This document shows positions 33,058 through 43,674 of a stretch of 64,000 bases of DNA, piece after piece. Below the pieces are notes generated by a model that did no database searches, was not told where the DNA came from, and saw only the letters and a list, made by a program, of their open reading frames with translations. Location: the NCBI GenBank assembly GCA_963833905.1, contig CAWHZQ010000020.1, positions 3,293 through 67,292 on the forward strand. Reading direction: 5' to 3'. The translations under genes were made by a program, and so were the position numbers. The DNA comes from an uncultured Gemmatimonadales bacterium (GTDB lineage: Bacteria; Gemmatimonadota; Gemmatimonadetes; Gemmatimonadales; GWC2-71-9). The stretch's first letter is position 1; every line of letters starts with the position of its first letter.

Positions 33058-35639
33058 TCACGGCGGCAGCCCGACCCGCGCCACGATCGTGGGGAAGCGC
33101 GGGTCTGTATGCAGCGAGGCCCACGTGGGTTCCGCCTTGATGAACTCGAGGCCCGGCTCCCGCTCGGCGGCCGCCTGCTCGAGCTCGGACAGGGCGGCCT
33201 CGGGTTCGCCCATTACGGCGTAGCCTCTGGACAGCTCCACGTGAGTTCCTCCCGGCAAGTGGAGCTGTCTAGCCGCCTGCAGCCCCGCAAGCGCCGTGGT
33301 GCGTGCTGCCGAATCGTGCCGGCCCCGCGCAATGGCTCGCACGATGGTAGACGTGTCGTGCAGCGTCTCGAGCAAGGCCAGCGCGTCGTCGCTGCGGTCC
33401 GACGCGAGGTAGAGGAAGAAAAGGTTGTGTGCCAGCGGGCCGGGGCTGGAATCCCGCGCGAGCCCACCCCGGAACACTGCGACGGCCTCGCCAGGCCGGC
33501 CCGCAGACCAGAGCGCCATACCGAGGATGTTGGTGGGAGGCCGGGCGAGCGGGTCGAGCTGGACGGCGGTCCGCGCTTCGACCAGCGCCTCAGGAAGAGC
33601 GCCAGGTGGCCAGCAGGTGCTCAGCCAGCCACTGGTGGGCGGTGGCGTAGCTGGGGTCGAGGGCGATCGCCCGCCGGACCTCCCGCTCCGAGCCGGCCCA
33701 GTCCCAGTAGCCGTACCGCAAGATCTGGTTGAGTGACGCGTGCGGCTCGGCCAGAGTCGAGTCCAAGGCGATCGCTCGGAGCGCCGCTGCTCTGGCCCGG
33801 GCGTATGCGGTGTCCCGGGGGACGCTGCCGACATGATAGTAGTCATAGAGCGCGTACACGTCCGCGAGCCCGGCCCAGGCCCGAGCAAAGGTGGAGTCGC
33901 GACCGAGAGCCTGGCGGAAGTACTCCGCGGCCTGCTCTAGGCTTTCAGGAGAGCGCCCGGTTCCACTCGGCCCGCCCAGCACGTACAGCCGGTAAGCCTC
34001 GAGGTCCGCGGTAGGCGCTCGCGCGACAGCGCGCTGAACGCCCCTCCGAGCGTCCCCCGCAAGACCTCGGCGACCTGCGCGGCCACGTCAGCCTGAAGCG
34101 GGAAGACGTCCGCGAGCACCGCTTCGTAGGGCTCCCCCCAGACGTGGGTACCGTCCGCGACCCGGATGAGCTCCGGCGTGATCCGCACTTGCCTCTGTCC
34201 GCTAGGGCTGACAGGCCGAACGGACAGTGCCATCGAGCACATAGTCGACCTGTAGCGCACGGCCGAAGGCGGGAGCGGTCTGCCTGAGCCGCGGTACTGG
34301 CGGGCGCTGCTCCGGGCGACCAGGCTGAAACGCGGCACTCGGGCAAGCCGGGTGGTGAGCTCCTCGCTCATGCCGTGAGCGAACGCGCGGTAGTTAGTGT
34401 CGTGCGACGCTCTCGAACGGGAGCACGGCGAGGCGTTATGCGGTTCCCGAACGTCGCACGGGCCGTTCTCGAGCGCGTTGTGTCTCTCCGGGCGTAGATA
34501 CACCCCGATCTGCGACGACGCACCCGTAGCCCGAGCGCGAGGGCTAGCGGAATAGTCCTGCGCCAGGCGTGGATTGTACCTGGCGAAGATGAGCCAGCCG
34601 GTTACGGGCGCTACGGCCCGTCGGAGGCTGTTTCGCGAGATCGTGTAGTCACTGCCATGGATCCGTTGCACGGTGCCACCAGGGCCCTGGCGAATTCCGC
34701 GGCCGTGATCTAAACCGATCGCCTCGGCGCCGGGGCCAGTGCCTTCGTGATGGCCAACTCGATCGTATTCCGGCACCTACGGGACGCCTGCATGCCGCAC
34801 GGATATGGGCACGTCACACGTGTGAAGTGCCGGGCCAGTGATGGCTTGCGGCGGTTGGGCCCGGTGAAGGGCGGCTCGCCTGCGAGCATCTCGTAGAGCA
34901 CGCAGCCGAGCGCGTAAATATCGGTCCGCGCGTCGACATCGGCGGTCGCCGAGTCGCCTGCTCGGGGCTCATGTAGGCCGGGGTGCCGATCGCGACGCCC
35001 GGTCTCGGTCAGGCTGCGACGGCTCCGGCAGCTGCCGCGAAGCGCGCGGGCGATCCCGAAGTCGGCAGACCAGCGCCTGCCCGTCGGCTGAGCAGGATGT
35101 TCCCCGGCTTGATGTCCCGGTGGACGACGCCCTGCGCGGTGGGCATAGTCCAGCGCTATCCGCCACCTCACGCGGCGATGCTTAACGCCTCAGCGATCGG
35201 CAGCTGCGGCTTCGCGAGCAAGCCGCTGGCGCAGCGACTCCCCGGCCACATAGCGGCATGACGTACCAGAGGCAGGCCCGTCGATTCACCGGAATCGAAG
35301 AGCGGGAGGATATGCGGATGCAGGAGTCGCGCGGCGACCTGAATCTCCTGGAGAAAGCGTTGCCGGCTGATCGAAGCCAGCGATCTCCGCGTACACGATC
35401 TTGAGGGCGACTTGTCGCCCATGTCGAGGATCCTCGGCGAGGTAGACGGCCGCCATGCCGCCGTGCCCGACCTCGCGGATGACGCGATAAGGCCCCAACA
35501 CCTCGCCGGGGCGCACCACCTGTCCCGCAATGGCATGCGCGGCGAACAGCGGCGCCGCCAGCTCGGCCGCCGGCCGGTCGAAGAATTCGAAGACAGGCTG
35601 TGGCGAGGACGGCGGGTCGCTGTCTGGCACTCGGGTCAT
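33058..35639 (-). pseudogene. Ser/Thr kinase with TolB-N-like and TPR domains, heavily disrupted
   Basis: [52 protein letters not shown] and TPRs across many frames; 34340-34710 is garbled. Confidence 0.75.
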
Positions 35640-35837
35640 GCGCGATCGATCTCGGGAAGAGGCGGGAGATGCCGGCTAGAGTGACGGCCGCAACCTACGC
35701 TATGAGGGTGGTACCACGGCGGCAAGGCCCGGGGACATCGCGACGATACTAACTGTCCAGATCCTGGCTGGATCTTCGCGCGGGTGAGCAACCCGCTGGA
35801 ACTCCGTCATCTTCCGGGGTGTCTCGTCCGTAGTCTA

Positions 35838-35867
35838 TGTCCGCCGGTCGTGGGATTCGTCGCGTCT
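35838..35867 (+). promoter_or_regulatory. ECF promoter TGTCCG-N17-CGCGTC, copy B
   Basis: Ends about 40 nt upstream of the subtilase start. Confidence 0.75.
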
Positions 35868-35905
35868 GCAGGTAGGACCGTTTCGATCCCACGACTCAGG
35901 AGGGC

Positions 35906-37468
35906 ATGATGATCGCCAGCACTCGCTGCCTGGTGGCAGGCGCAGGGATGTGGCTGTTCTTGTCCGGTTGCGGATCCGATCCGACTCCCCTGGAAGCCCC
36001 ACAGGCGCAGCCGGAATCTCCCTCCGCGTCGGTAGCAGGGACCACAGATATCAATGTTCTGCTCCGGGGTCCTGCCACTTCGGCGGACCGAAGCGAGCTC
36101 TCGAGGTACGGTGCGATCTACGCGGAAGTCGCCCAGATCAATGCCGTCCTCATGCGGGCGAGCGCCGACGACATTCCCAGAATACGGTCCTTGCCCTTCG
36201 TCGCTGCGGTGGGCCGGGACCAGCCCCGCGACGTGCCGCCGGAGGAGAACGTCGCAGCCGAGGGATTCATTCCGCTGGCACCTCACAATGTCTGGAATCT
36301 CGACGCCCTCAACGTCACAGACTTCGATCCCAGCTTCAGCGGTGCGGCACAGCGACAGGTCGCGTACGACGGGAAGGGAGTGGTCGTCACCTTCCTCGAC
36401 ACGGGCCTGATGCCGCTCTGGCCGTTCTACTTCGCCGGGAAGGACGTCGATACGCAACACTCGACGACTCTCATGGGCGGCGGCGAGAGCGGGAACGGGA
36501 CGGTCGTGAGCCCGAAGGACAAGTGGGAGCGCGACGTGCTGGGGCACGGCACGCACGTGTCCAGCGTCGTCCTGGGATACCGCTACGTCTCTGGATTCGC
36601 CGGCTCCTTTCAGGTGGATGGCATCGCACCCGCCGCTACCCTCGTCATGATCAAGGTGGCGAATCAGCGGTTCGGGCAGAGCTCCGCGATCGCGCAGGGA
36701 GTCGTGTATGCCACCGACCTTGTCCGCGCGGGAGGACCGCACGCGGGCAAGAGGATGGTCATCAATATGAGCCTCGGAGGACCTGAGCTCGATCCGGTGG
36801 AGCGGGCCGCGTTCGACTACGCGGTGCAGAATGGTGTTGTGCTGGTTGCGGCTGCCGGCAACAGCGGACCCACTGGCAATCTCATTTACCCCGCAGCCTA
36901 TGAGCCGGTGATCTCGGCCGCGGCGGCCGGTTGGGTCGGTGAGTGGGACGACCCAGGGGGAAACAACCCGTCCAATCCAGCCTGCGGCACGCTGCCGCTC
37001 GCTTCGGATCTACTGCAGCCCCTGGCGTTCTGGCGCCAGTGCGACGTACCTGATCCCTATGCTTCGGCCAACTTCTTCATTGCGCCATTCTCCTCGCGCG
37101 ACCCCGATGGGCTCGACAGTGGTGCGAACTACGATCTCGATGTCGCTGCACCGGGAGACGGGATCATCGGGCCCTGGGGATCGAACAACGGGCAGATCAG
37201 CTACCGCGCTACCGCGGGCACCTCGGAAGCGTCGCCGCATGTAGCCGGCATCGTTGCGCTGATGCTCCAGAAGAATCCCGGCATCACTCCGGCCCAGGTC
37301 GAGAGTTGCCTGGAGAGCGCGGCGCAACCGTTGATCTATTCGGGGCAACAGGCGCGGCCGTACTCGCCAAATCTGACCCCGGAGCCGCCGGTTACGATCC
37401 CGAGCTGGGGCAGCGACCGGAGCGGGCACGGGTTCATCACCGCTGATGCTGCGCTCGCCTGCGCGTAA
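35906..37468 (+). CDS. S8 family serine peptidase lipoprotein
   Basis: Lipobox LSGC; triad LDTG, HGTHV, GTSEASPHVAG; oxyanion AAAGN. Confidence 0.93.
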   Translation: MMIASTRCLVAGAGMWLFLSGCGSDPTPLEAPQAQPESPSASVAGTTDINVLLRGPATSADRSELSRYGAIYAEVAQINAVLMRASADDIPRIRSLPFVAAVGRDQPRDVPPEENVAAEGFIPLAPHNVWNLDALNVTDFDPSFSGAAQRQVAYDGKGVVVTFLDTGLMPLWPFYFAGKDVDTQHSTTLMGGGESGNGTVVSPKDKWERDVLGHGTHVSSVVLGYRYVSGFAGSFQVDGIAPAATLVMIKVANQRFGQSSAIAQGVVYATDLVRAGGPHAGKRMVINMSLGGPELDPVERAAFDYAVQNGVVLVAAAGNSGPTGNLIYPAAYEPVISAAAAGWVGEWDDPGGNNPSNPACGTLPLASDLLQPLAFWRQCDVPDPYASANFFIAPFSSRDPDGLDSGANYDLDVAAPGDGIIGPWGSNNGQISYRATAGTSEASPHVAGIVALMLQKNPGITPAQVESCLESAAQPLIYSGQQARPYSPNLTPEPPVTIPSWGSDRSGHGFITADAALACA

Positions 37469-37523
37469 GTCCGCCTGCGGGCGACCAGAATCAACCAACG
37501 AACTCGACGCTGCGGAGAGACTA

Positions 37524-38390
37524 ATGCGCCCTGTGCTCCGATGGGCCCTCAGAGGATTGGTCGTGATCGCCGGGTTGGCGTTGATCGTTTCCGGGCTGGT
37601 GTACGCGCTCTCGGAGCGCACCATGCGCCGCGTGTATCGGGAGCCGCTCCTGGCCCCCGTTCTGCCTGCGGATGGCGATGCGATCGTGGAGGGCCGGCGG
37701 CTGGCCCAGTTGCGCGGCTGTTCGGGCGGCTGCCACGGGAGCGAGATCGAGGGGAGCGTCTTCATGGACGAACCCTGCTCGCAAAGATCGTCGCGCCGAA
37801 CTTGAGCGCCGCCGTCCGGCGGTATTCGGACGCGGAGCTGGCTCGCATCATTCGACGCGGCGTGCGACCCGACGGCCGCACGCTCGTCGTCATGCCATCC
37901 GAAATGTTCAGCGCGCTCTCCGATGCGGACCTCGGGAAGATCCTGGCCTATCTGCACAGTGTGCCGCCGCATCCCGGCCCTGGCCGCGAGGTCCGGCTGG
38001 GCCCGCTCGCGCGTCTCGGGCTGGCGCTCGCGGAAGTACCAGACCGCCGCCCAGCTGGTGCGGCGCGCCGACTCCGTGGCGGCCACGTACCCGGCGCCGG
38101 ACGACCCTGTGGCCACCGGCGCCTACCTCGCCCGCACGGCCTGTACCGAATGTCATGGGCTCGACCTGAGCGGCGGTGAGAAGGCGCCAGACCTGCGCAT
38201 CGCGGCAGGCTATTCCGCCGAGGCGTTCACCCGCCTGCTGCGGACCGGGAAGGCGTCGGGTGATCGCGAGCTCGAACTGATGAGTCGGGTGGCGCGCCGG
38301 CGGCTTTCCCATTTCAACGATGCGGAGATCCAGGCACTGCGGGCCTATCTGCTGGCGAGGGCTGCGAGCGCACCGCGGCGGACGGACTAG
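37524..38390 (+). CDS. Membrane-anchored di-heme cytochrome c (frameshifted)
   Basis: N-terminal TM, CSGGCH, APNL...GVRPDG..MPS, CTECH. Confidence 0.85.
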
Positions 38391-41260
38391 GGAGTCCTGA
38401 GGAGTCGCGCCGCCTCGGCTCGCCGGCCACTTGCTTCGTAGTAGTCGGCCAGCCGGCGCGCAGCATCGTTGAGCCCCTTCCCGCTGTACGGGCTCGCTCG
38501 CAGCGTCTGATAGCTCCGGATCAGGAGCGGCTCGGCGTCGGGATTCCGACGCAGACCCGCGAGGCAGGCACCGAGCAGACTCTCGGTCTCCGCGGTCCGG
38601 AGGTCGCTGGTGCCAAGCTTCTCGTTCCGGATGGCGAGTGCTTCCCGCAAGCCGGGCTCCGCCTCGGCGAATCGCTTCTGATCGATGAGGAGGTTTCCGA
38701 GCGCGGTGAGGGCCTCGGCGATACGGGGATGGCCGGCCGGAAGCACCTTGCAGTAGATGACGACGGCTTCCCGGAGCGAGCGCTCGGCCTCGCGGTCGCG
38801 ATGCTCGCGATGCAGGAGAATGCCGAGGTTCCTCAGGCTCGCCGCGACAGCCTCAGCGGAGTCTCCGTAGATCCTGCGTCGCAGCGCCAGAGCTCCGCGG
38901 AGCAGGGTATCGGCTTCCTGGTACTTGCCTTCGTCGCTGAGAATCGCCCCCAGGTTGTTGCGGGTGACGACCGCATCCGCGTTCGACACTCCCACGCTAC
39001 GTGTAAGCGAGCCCAGGGCCTCTCGCGTCGCCGCCTCGGCCTCCGGGAGCTTGCCCATCCGGTAGTCGAGCACACCGAGCTGCGCCACCAGGGGAACCGT
39101 CAAGGGGCTTTCCGATCCCAGCAGGCGTCGTCGCATCTCGAGCGCCTCGACCAGCACCGACTCTGCTTGGGCGTACTTGCCTCTGTCCTCCAGGATCGAC
39201 TCCAGTTGCCAGAGGGAGACCGTCAGATCCGGATGCCCATGGGGATAGAGTCGCCGCTTACCCGCCACGACCTCGCGCTGCAGGCGCTCGGCGCCCTCTA
39301 GGTCACCACGCCCAGCCGTCAAGGCCGCGAGATCGTGCAGCACGGCCAGGACCTCCGGATGACCCGAGTCGTAGTGTCGGCGCAGGATCGCGAGCGCGGC
39401 CCGCTCCACCGAATCGGCCTGGTCGACCTTGCCGGCATAGAACAGCGTCACACCCAGGCTGTTCAGGTCCTTTGCCGTCTCGGGGTGGTCCTCCCCATAG
39501 GCAGCACTATCCAACGCCAGCGCTTCACGATAGCGTGCCTCCGCGACCGGATAGTTCGACTTCTTGGCCATGACGGATGCGAGGTTGCTCAGGGTCCGGG
39601 CCACTACGGAGTCGCGTTCCCCCCGCTTCCGTTGAATGTCGAGCGCGTGGCTCAGCATGGAATCCGCCCGGTCATACTCGCCGTTCTCGAACACCACGGT
39701 GCCCCAGGTCGCCAGCTCGTTGGCCTCCGCGAGACCTCCAGCGCCGTGGAGCCGTCGCGCCAGATCGATCGCCCGTCGGAGCAGCGAATCAGCCGCCTGG
39801 TAGTAGCCTAGATCGCGGTGCACCTGCCCCAGAAAGTCGAGCAGCTCGAGCTGGACGTCCGGCTGCCGCGCCAGCGCGCTGTCCACCCGACGAGTGCCGC
39901 GCTGGAGCAGCTCCCGGGCGGTGATCTCGCGACCGCGCGACTCGGCGGGCGTCGCCACGTTGAACAGATCCTTCACGAAATTCTTGACCTCGGTGGCCTT
40001 GATGGCCTCACGCGAGGCCACGCGCGCCTGCCATGCCGTGCCAGCGAGCCCGGCGACCAGCGCGAGGAAGAGCCCGGACGCCGCCCCGACCACCACTCGG
40101 TGCCGGCGCACGAATTTCCCCGTCCGGTAGAGACGGGAATCGGGGCGAGCGAGGACCGGTAGGCCGGCCGTGTAGCGCTGGAGGTCCGCCAGGAGGGCGT
40201 CGGCCGAGGAATAGCGCCGACCCGGGACCTTCTGCAGTGCCTTGAGGACGATTGTGTCCAGGTCTCCGCCCAGTTGCCGCCGGAGCCGCTCCGGCTCGGT
40301 CCCACGAGCCAGGCTTACGGCTGCCGGCGTGATCGCCTGCCGCGTGCCGTCGGCGAGGCTGATCTCCTCGGTGCGGGTGACCGCCGTGCTCGGCGCCTGC
40401 GGCACCTCCTCGCAGACAACATGCTCCAGCTCCTCGAGTGTGTGTCGCTGGAGCCGGTGGGCGCGGTGCCCGGTCAGCAGCTCGTATAGGATCGCGCCCA
40501 GGGCGTACACGTCGGTCGCCGTGGTCACCGGTTCCCCCCGAACCTGCTCCGGGGCGGCGTACTCCGGCGTCATGGCCCGCACGCCGGCCTCGGTCAGGGC
40601 CGTCGAGACCGCCCCCTCCTGCTCCACCAGCTTGGCGATCCCGAAGTCGAGAAGCTTCACCTGCCCTTCCGCGGTGGCCATGATGTTGGACGGCTTGAGA
40701 TCACGGTGGATGACGAGGCTCTGGTGCGCGTGGCGCACGGCACGGCAGACGTCCGAGAACAGCCGGAGCCGCTCGCCGATGCCGAGATGGTGTGCGTCGC
40801 AGTAGGAGGTGAGCGGCAGGCCCTCGACGTACTCCATGGCGAAGTACGGCTGCCCGTCGCCGCTCACGCCGCCATCCAGCAGCCGCGCGATGTGGGGATA
40901 GCTGAGCCGGGCCAGGATCTGCCGCTCGGCCAGGAAGCGGCGATGGATCTCGTCGGAGTCCATGCCGCGCTTGATGAGCTTGAGCGCGACGCGCTGCTCG
41001 AACTGCCCATCGGCCCGCTCGGCGAGATAGACCGTGCCCATCCCGCCCCGGGCCAGCTCCCGCAGGATCCGATACGGCCCGATCAGCATCCCCTCGAGTC
41101 GCGCGGACCGCTCGGCAGTGGCCTCGACGAGGAGCGGTGCGGCCAATGCCAACGCCGGCTGCTCCAGGAACCCGCCGCGCACCTCCGGGACGGCCTCGAG
41201 TCCCGCATCGAGCGCCTGCGTCAGCCGCCGCCAACGTCCGGCATGGTCGTCGCGGCTCAT
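38387..41260 (-). CDS. Membrane Ser/Thr protein kinase with TPR repeats (ECF-associated)
   Basis: [28 protein letters not shown]; TM segment; many C-terminal TPRs; ATGA-coupled to the ECF gene. Confidence 0.95.
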   Translation of the reverse strand: MSRDDHAGRWRRLTQALDAGLEAVPEVRGGFLEQPALALAAPLLVEATAERSARLEGMLIGPYRILRELARGGMGTVYLAERADGQFEQRVALKLIKRGMDSDEIHRRFLAERQILARLSYPHIARLLDGGVSGDGQPYFAMEYVEGLPLTSYCDAHHLGIGERLRLFSDVCRAVRHAHQSLVIHRDLKPSNIMATAEGQVKLLDFGIAKLVEQEGAVSTALTEAGVRAMTPEYAAPEQVRGEPVTTATDVYALGAILYELLTGHRAHRLQRHTLEELEHVVCEEVPQAPSTAVTRTEEISLADGTRQAITPAAVSLARGTEPERLRRQLGGDLDTIVLKALQKVPGRRYSSADALLADLQRYTAGLPVLARPDSRLYRTGKFVRRHRVVVGAASGLFLALVAGLAGTAWQARVASREAIKATEVKNFVKDLFNVATPAESRGREITARELLQRGTRRVDSALARQPDVQLELLDFLGQVHRDLGYYQAADSLLRRAIDLARRLHGAGGLAEANELATWGTVVFENGEYDRADSMLSHALDIQRKRGERDSVVARTLSNLASVMAKKSNYPVAEARYREALALDSAAYGEDHPETAKDLNSLGVTLFYAGKVDQADSVERAALAILRRHYDSGHPEVLAVLHDLAALTAGRGDLEGAERLQREVVAGKRRLYPHGHPDLTVSLWQLESILEDRGKYAQAESVLVEALEMRRRLLGSESPLTVPLVAQLGVLDYRMGKLPEAEAATREALGSLTRSVGVSNADAVVTRNNLGAILSDEGKYQEADTLLRGALALRRRIYGDSAEAVAASLRNLGILLHREHRDREAERSLREAVVIYCKVLPAGHPRIAEALTALGNLLIDQKRFAEAEPGLREALAIRNEKLGTSDLRTAETESLLGACLAGLRRNPDAEPLLIRSYQTLRASPYSGKGLNDAARRLADYYEASGRRAEAARLLRTP

Positions 41261-41826
41261 GGCGGCGCTTCGCCGAGCGTCTCGTACAGCCAGGCCTTGG
41301 CCCGGACCCAGTCCCGGCGCACGGTCCGGTCGGTGATCCCAAGTGCCGCCGCGGTCTCCTCCTCGGTGAATCCGCCGAAGAAGCGGCATTCGACGACCCG
41401 GCCGGCCCGTTCGTCCAACGCGGCCAGGCGGTCGAGCGCCTCGTCCACCGCCACGAGCGCGTCGGCGCGGGCGTCCAGCGACAGCATCTCCGCGTCCAGC
41501 GTCACCCGCTCACGGCGGCCGCCCCGCTTGCTCGCGAGGTGTTGCCGGGCGTAGTCGACGAGGATGCGGCGCATGGCCCGCGAGGCGATAGCGAAGAACT
41601 GGGTCCGGTCGGCCCACTGGGCGCGGGTCTGATCCACAAGCTTGAGGTAGGCCTCGTGCACCAGAGCCGTGGTACCGAGGGTGTGATCGGGGCGCTCCTG
41701 GCCGAGCTGGCGATGTGCGATGCGGCGAAGCTCGTCGTACACCAGTGGGAAGAGCCGATCGACCGCAGTGGCGTCTCCCTGGCGCCAGGCAGCGAGCAAA
41801 CCGGTCACATCGGGGTCGGAGGCCAT
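41257..41826 (-). CDS. ECF sigma factor, kinase-associated type (TIGR02999-like)
   Basis: [53 protein letters not shown]. Confidence 0.93.
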   Translation of the reverse strand: MASDPDVTGLLAAWRQGDATAVDRLFPLVYDELRRIAHRQLGQERPDHTLGTTALVHEAYLKLVDQTRAQWADRTQFFAIASRAMRRILVDYARQHLASKRGGRRERVTLDAEMLSLDARADALVAVDEALDRLAALDERAGRVVECRFFGGFTEEETAAALGITDRTVRRDWVRAKAWLYETLGEAPP

Positions 41827-42186
41827 AACACGGGCCAGCAGCTTGCCGGGGGAACCGCAGTCGTGCCGCGGGGACGTTCGTCTCCGGCCGACTTCCGGCG
41901 CGTTCTCCGGCTGAGGGGAACAATGGTTCCCCTCAAAGATCAGAGCCGGCGTGCCGCGCCGCAACACCAGCGGGCGGGAGACCGGAGCTCGGGGTCGGTA
42001 GCGCTCAGCGGGGACGGGTGGCGGCAGAGGTACGGCAATGGCATGCATCACGTGGTGAACTTCAGGCGGCTGTCCCAGCCGTGCTGCTCCTCGTGCTGGC
42101 CGCGTGCACCGCCGATCCCACCGCTCCCAGAACGCGCCAACGGCATCGCCAGAGTTAAACGAGTAGCCGAGTCCTGAGGCGGCCCG

Positions 42187-42216
42187 TGTCCGGGTTGGCG
42201 TGCAAGTCCCGCGTCT
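42187..42216 (+). promoter_or_regulatory. ECF promoter TGTCCG-N17-CGCGTC, copy C
   Basis: Upstream of the cytochrome c peroxidase, divergent from the ECF gene. Confidence 0.75.
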
Positions 42217-42264
42217 AAGGATGAAGAGACACTCGGGCCGCCGACCTGTGAGACGAGCATCCTT

Positions 42265-43659
42265 ATGCAACTGACCCATTTGCCGAAATCGATCCCCATC
42301 GGTGGGCGCACACCCCCCTGGCGTGGAGCGCTGCCATTCCTGCTGCTCGCCGCCGCATGCGGCGGCGACGGTGCCGCGGCGCCTGCGGGCGTGGACTCCT
42401 ACCTGCACGCGCTGCTGGCCGGCGCTCACGCCACCGCCCTCGACCCCCCGCCAGCGCAACATCCAGCGCTGGTCGCCCTCGGCCGCGCCCTGATGTTCGA
42501 CAAGATCCTGAGTGGCAACCGCGACGTCTCCTGCGCCACTTGCCATGACCCGGTCGCCCACACCTCTGATGCGCTCTCGCTTTCGATCGGGACCGGTGGC
42601 GTGGGTGTGGGGCAGGCCCGAGCGCTGGGGACGGCCCGTCAGTTCATCGCCCGTAACGCCCAGGAGTTGTTCAACCGCGGGTATCCGGAGTTCACGTCGA
42701 TGTTCTGGGACGGGCGGGTGGCCCACAGGCCGGACGGGACCTTCGACACCCCGGCCGGAGCCGCGCTTCCTGCGGGGCTCAGCGGGCCACTGGCCGCTCA
42801 GGCGATGTTCCCGGTCCTTAACCGGCAAGAGATGCGGGGGCAGCCGGGCGACCTCGACCGGTTCGGCGCTCCGAACGAGCTCGCAGCGCTGCCCGACGAC
42901 GACCCCTCAGCGGCCTGGGCGGCGCTCATGCATCGTCTCCTCGCGATTGACGGCTACGTCACCCTGTTCCAGGCGGCTTACCCGGGAATCCCAGTCCAAC
43001 AGCTCGGCTTCCAACATGCCGCCAACGCGATCGCGGCCTTCGAGACCGAGGCGTTCGCCAGCACCGGCTCCCCCTTCGACGACTACCTGCGCGGCGCCGA
43101 TGATGCGCTTTCTGCGTCCGCGAAGCGGGGGGCACTGCTCTTCTTCAACACCCCCGGCTGCGCCGAATGCCACAGCGGGCCGCACCTGTCCGACCAGAAG
43201 TTCCACAACATCGGGGTGCCACAAGTTGGGCCGGGCTTCGGGCCGGCCGCGCCGCAGGACTTCGGGCGAGCCGGCGTGAGCGGCGATGCCGCCGAGCGCT
43301 ACCTCTTTCGCACTCCGCCGCTTCGGAACGTGGAGCTGACCGGCCCATGGATGCACGACGGGGTGTACACCACCCTGACGGCCGCCGTCCGCCATTACCT
43401 CGACCCCCGCAAGTCACTGACTGAGTTCAATCCCGCCGGACTCCGCGCGGAGCTACGGGAGACCTATCTCGACGACCCGGCCACCCTTCAGGCCATGCTC
43501 CAGACCCTCGATTCCAAGATGCGGCAGCCGGCCGATCTCAGCGACGCTCAGGTCGATGACCTTGTCGTCTTCCTGCACGCGCTGACCGACCCCGCCGCCA
43601 CCGATCTCGGGGCCGTGGCTCCGGCGTCGGTACCGAGTGGCCTTCCCGTCGGCGAGTAG
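42265..43659 (+). CDS. Di-heme cytochrome c peroxidase (CCP/MauG family) lipoprotein
   Basis: Lipobox AAAC; LGRALMFD, SCATCH, FWDGR, CAECH, FRTPPLRNV..TGPWMHDG. Confidence 0.92.
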   Translation: MQLTHLPKSIPIGGRTPPWRGALPFLLLAAACGGDGAAAPAGVDSYLHALLAGAHATALDPPPAQHPALVALGRALMFDKILSGNRDVSCATCHDPVAHTSDALSLSIGTGGVGVGQARALGTARQFIARNAQELFNRGYPEFTSMFWDGRVAHRPDGTFDTPAGAALPAGLSGPLAAQAMFPVLNRQEMRGQPGDLDRFGAPNELAALPDDDPSAAWAALMHRLLAIDGYVTLFQAAYPGIPVQQLGFQHAANAIAAFETEAFASTGSPFDDYLRGADDALSASAKRGALLFFNTPGCAECHSGPHLSDQKFHNIGVPQVGPGFGPAAPQDFGRAGVSGDAAERYLFRTPPLRNVELTGPWMHDGVYTTLTAAVRHYLDPRKSLTEFNPAGLRAELRETYLDDPATLQAMLQTLDSKMRQPADLSDAQVDDLVVFLHALTDPAATDLGAVAPASVPSGLPVGE

Positions 43660-43674
43660 GCACTTCACCCCTTC

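Noticed and set aside
41875-41934. Possible fourth ECF promoter (CGTTCG-N18-CGCGTT) and GAGGGGAAC hairpin
   Set aside because: Mismatched -35, wrong spacer and no intact downstream gene
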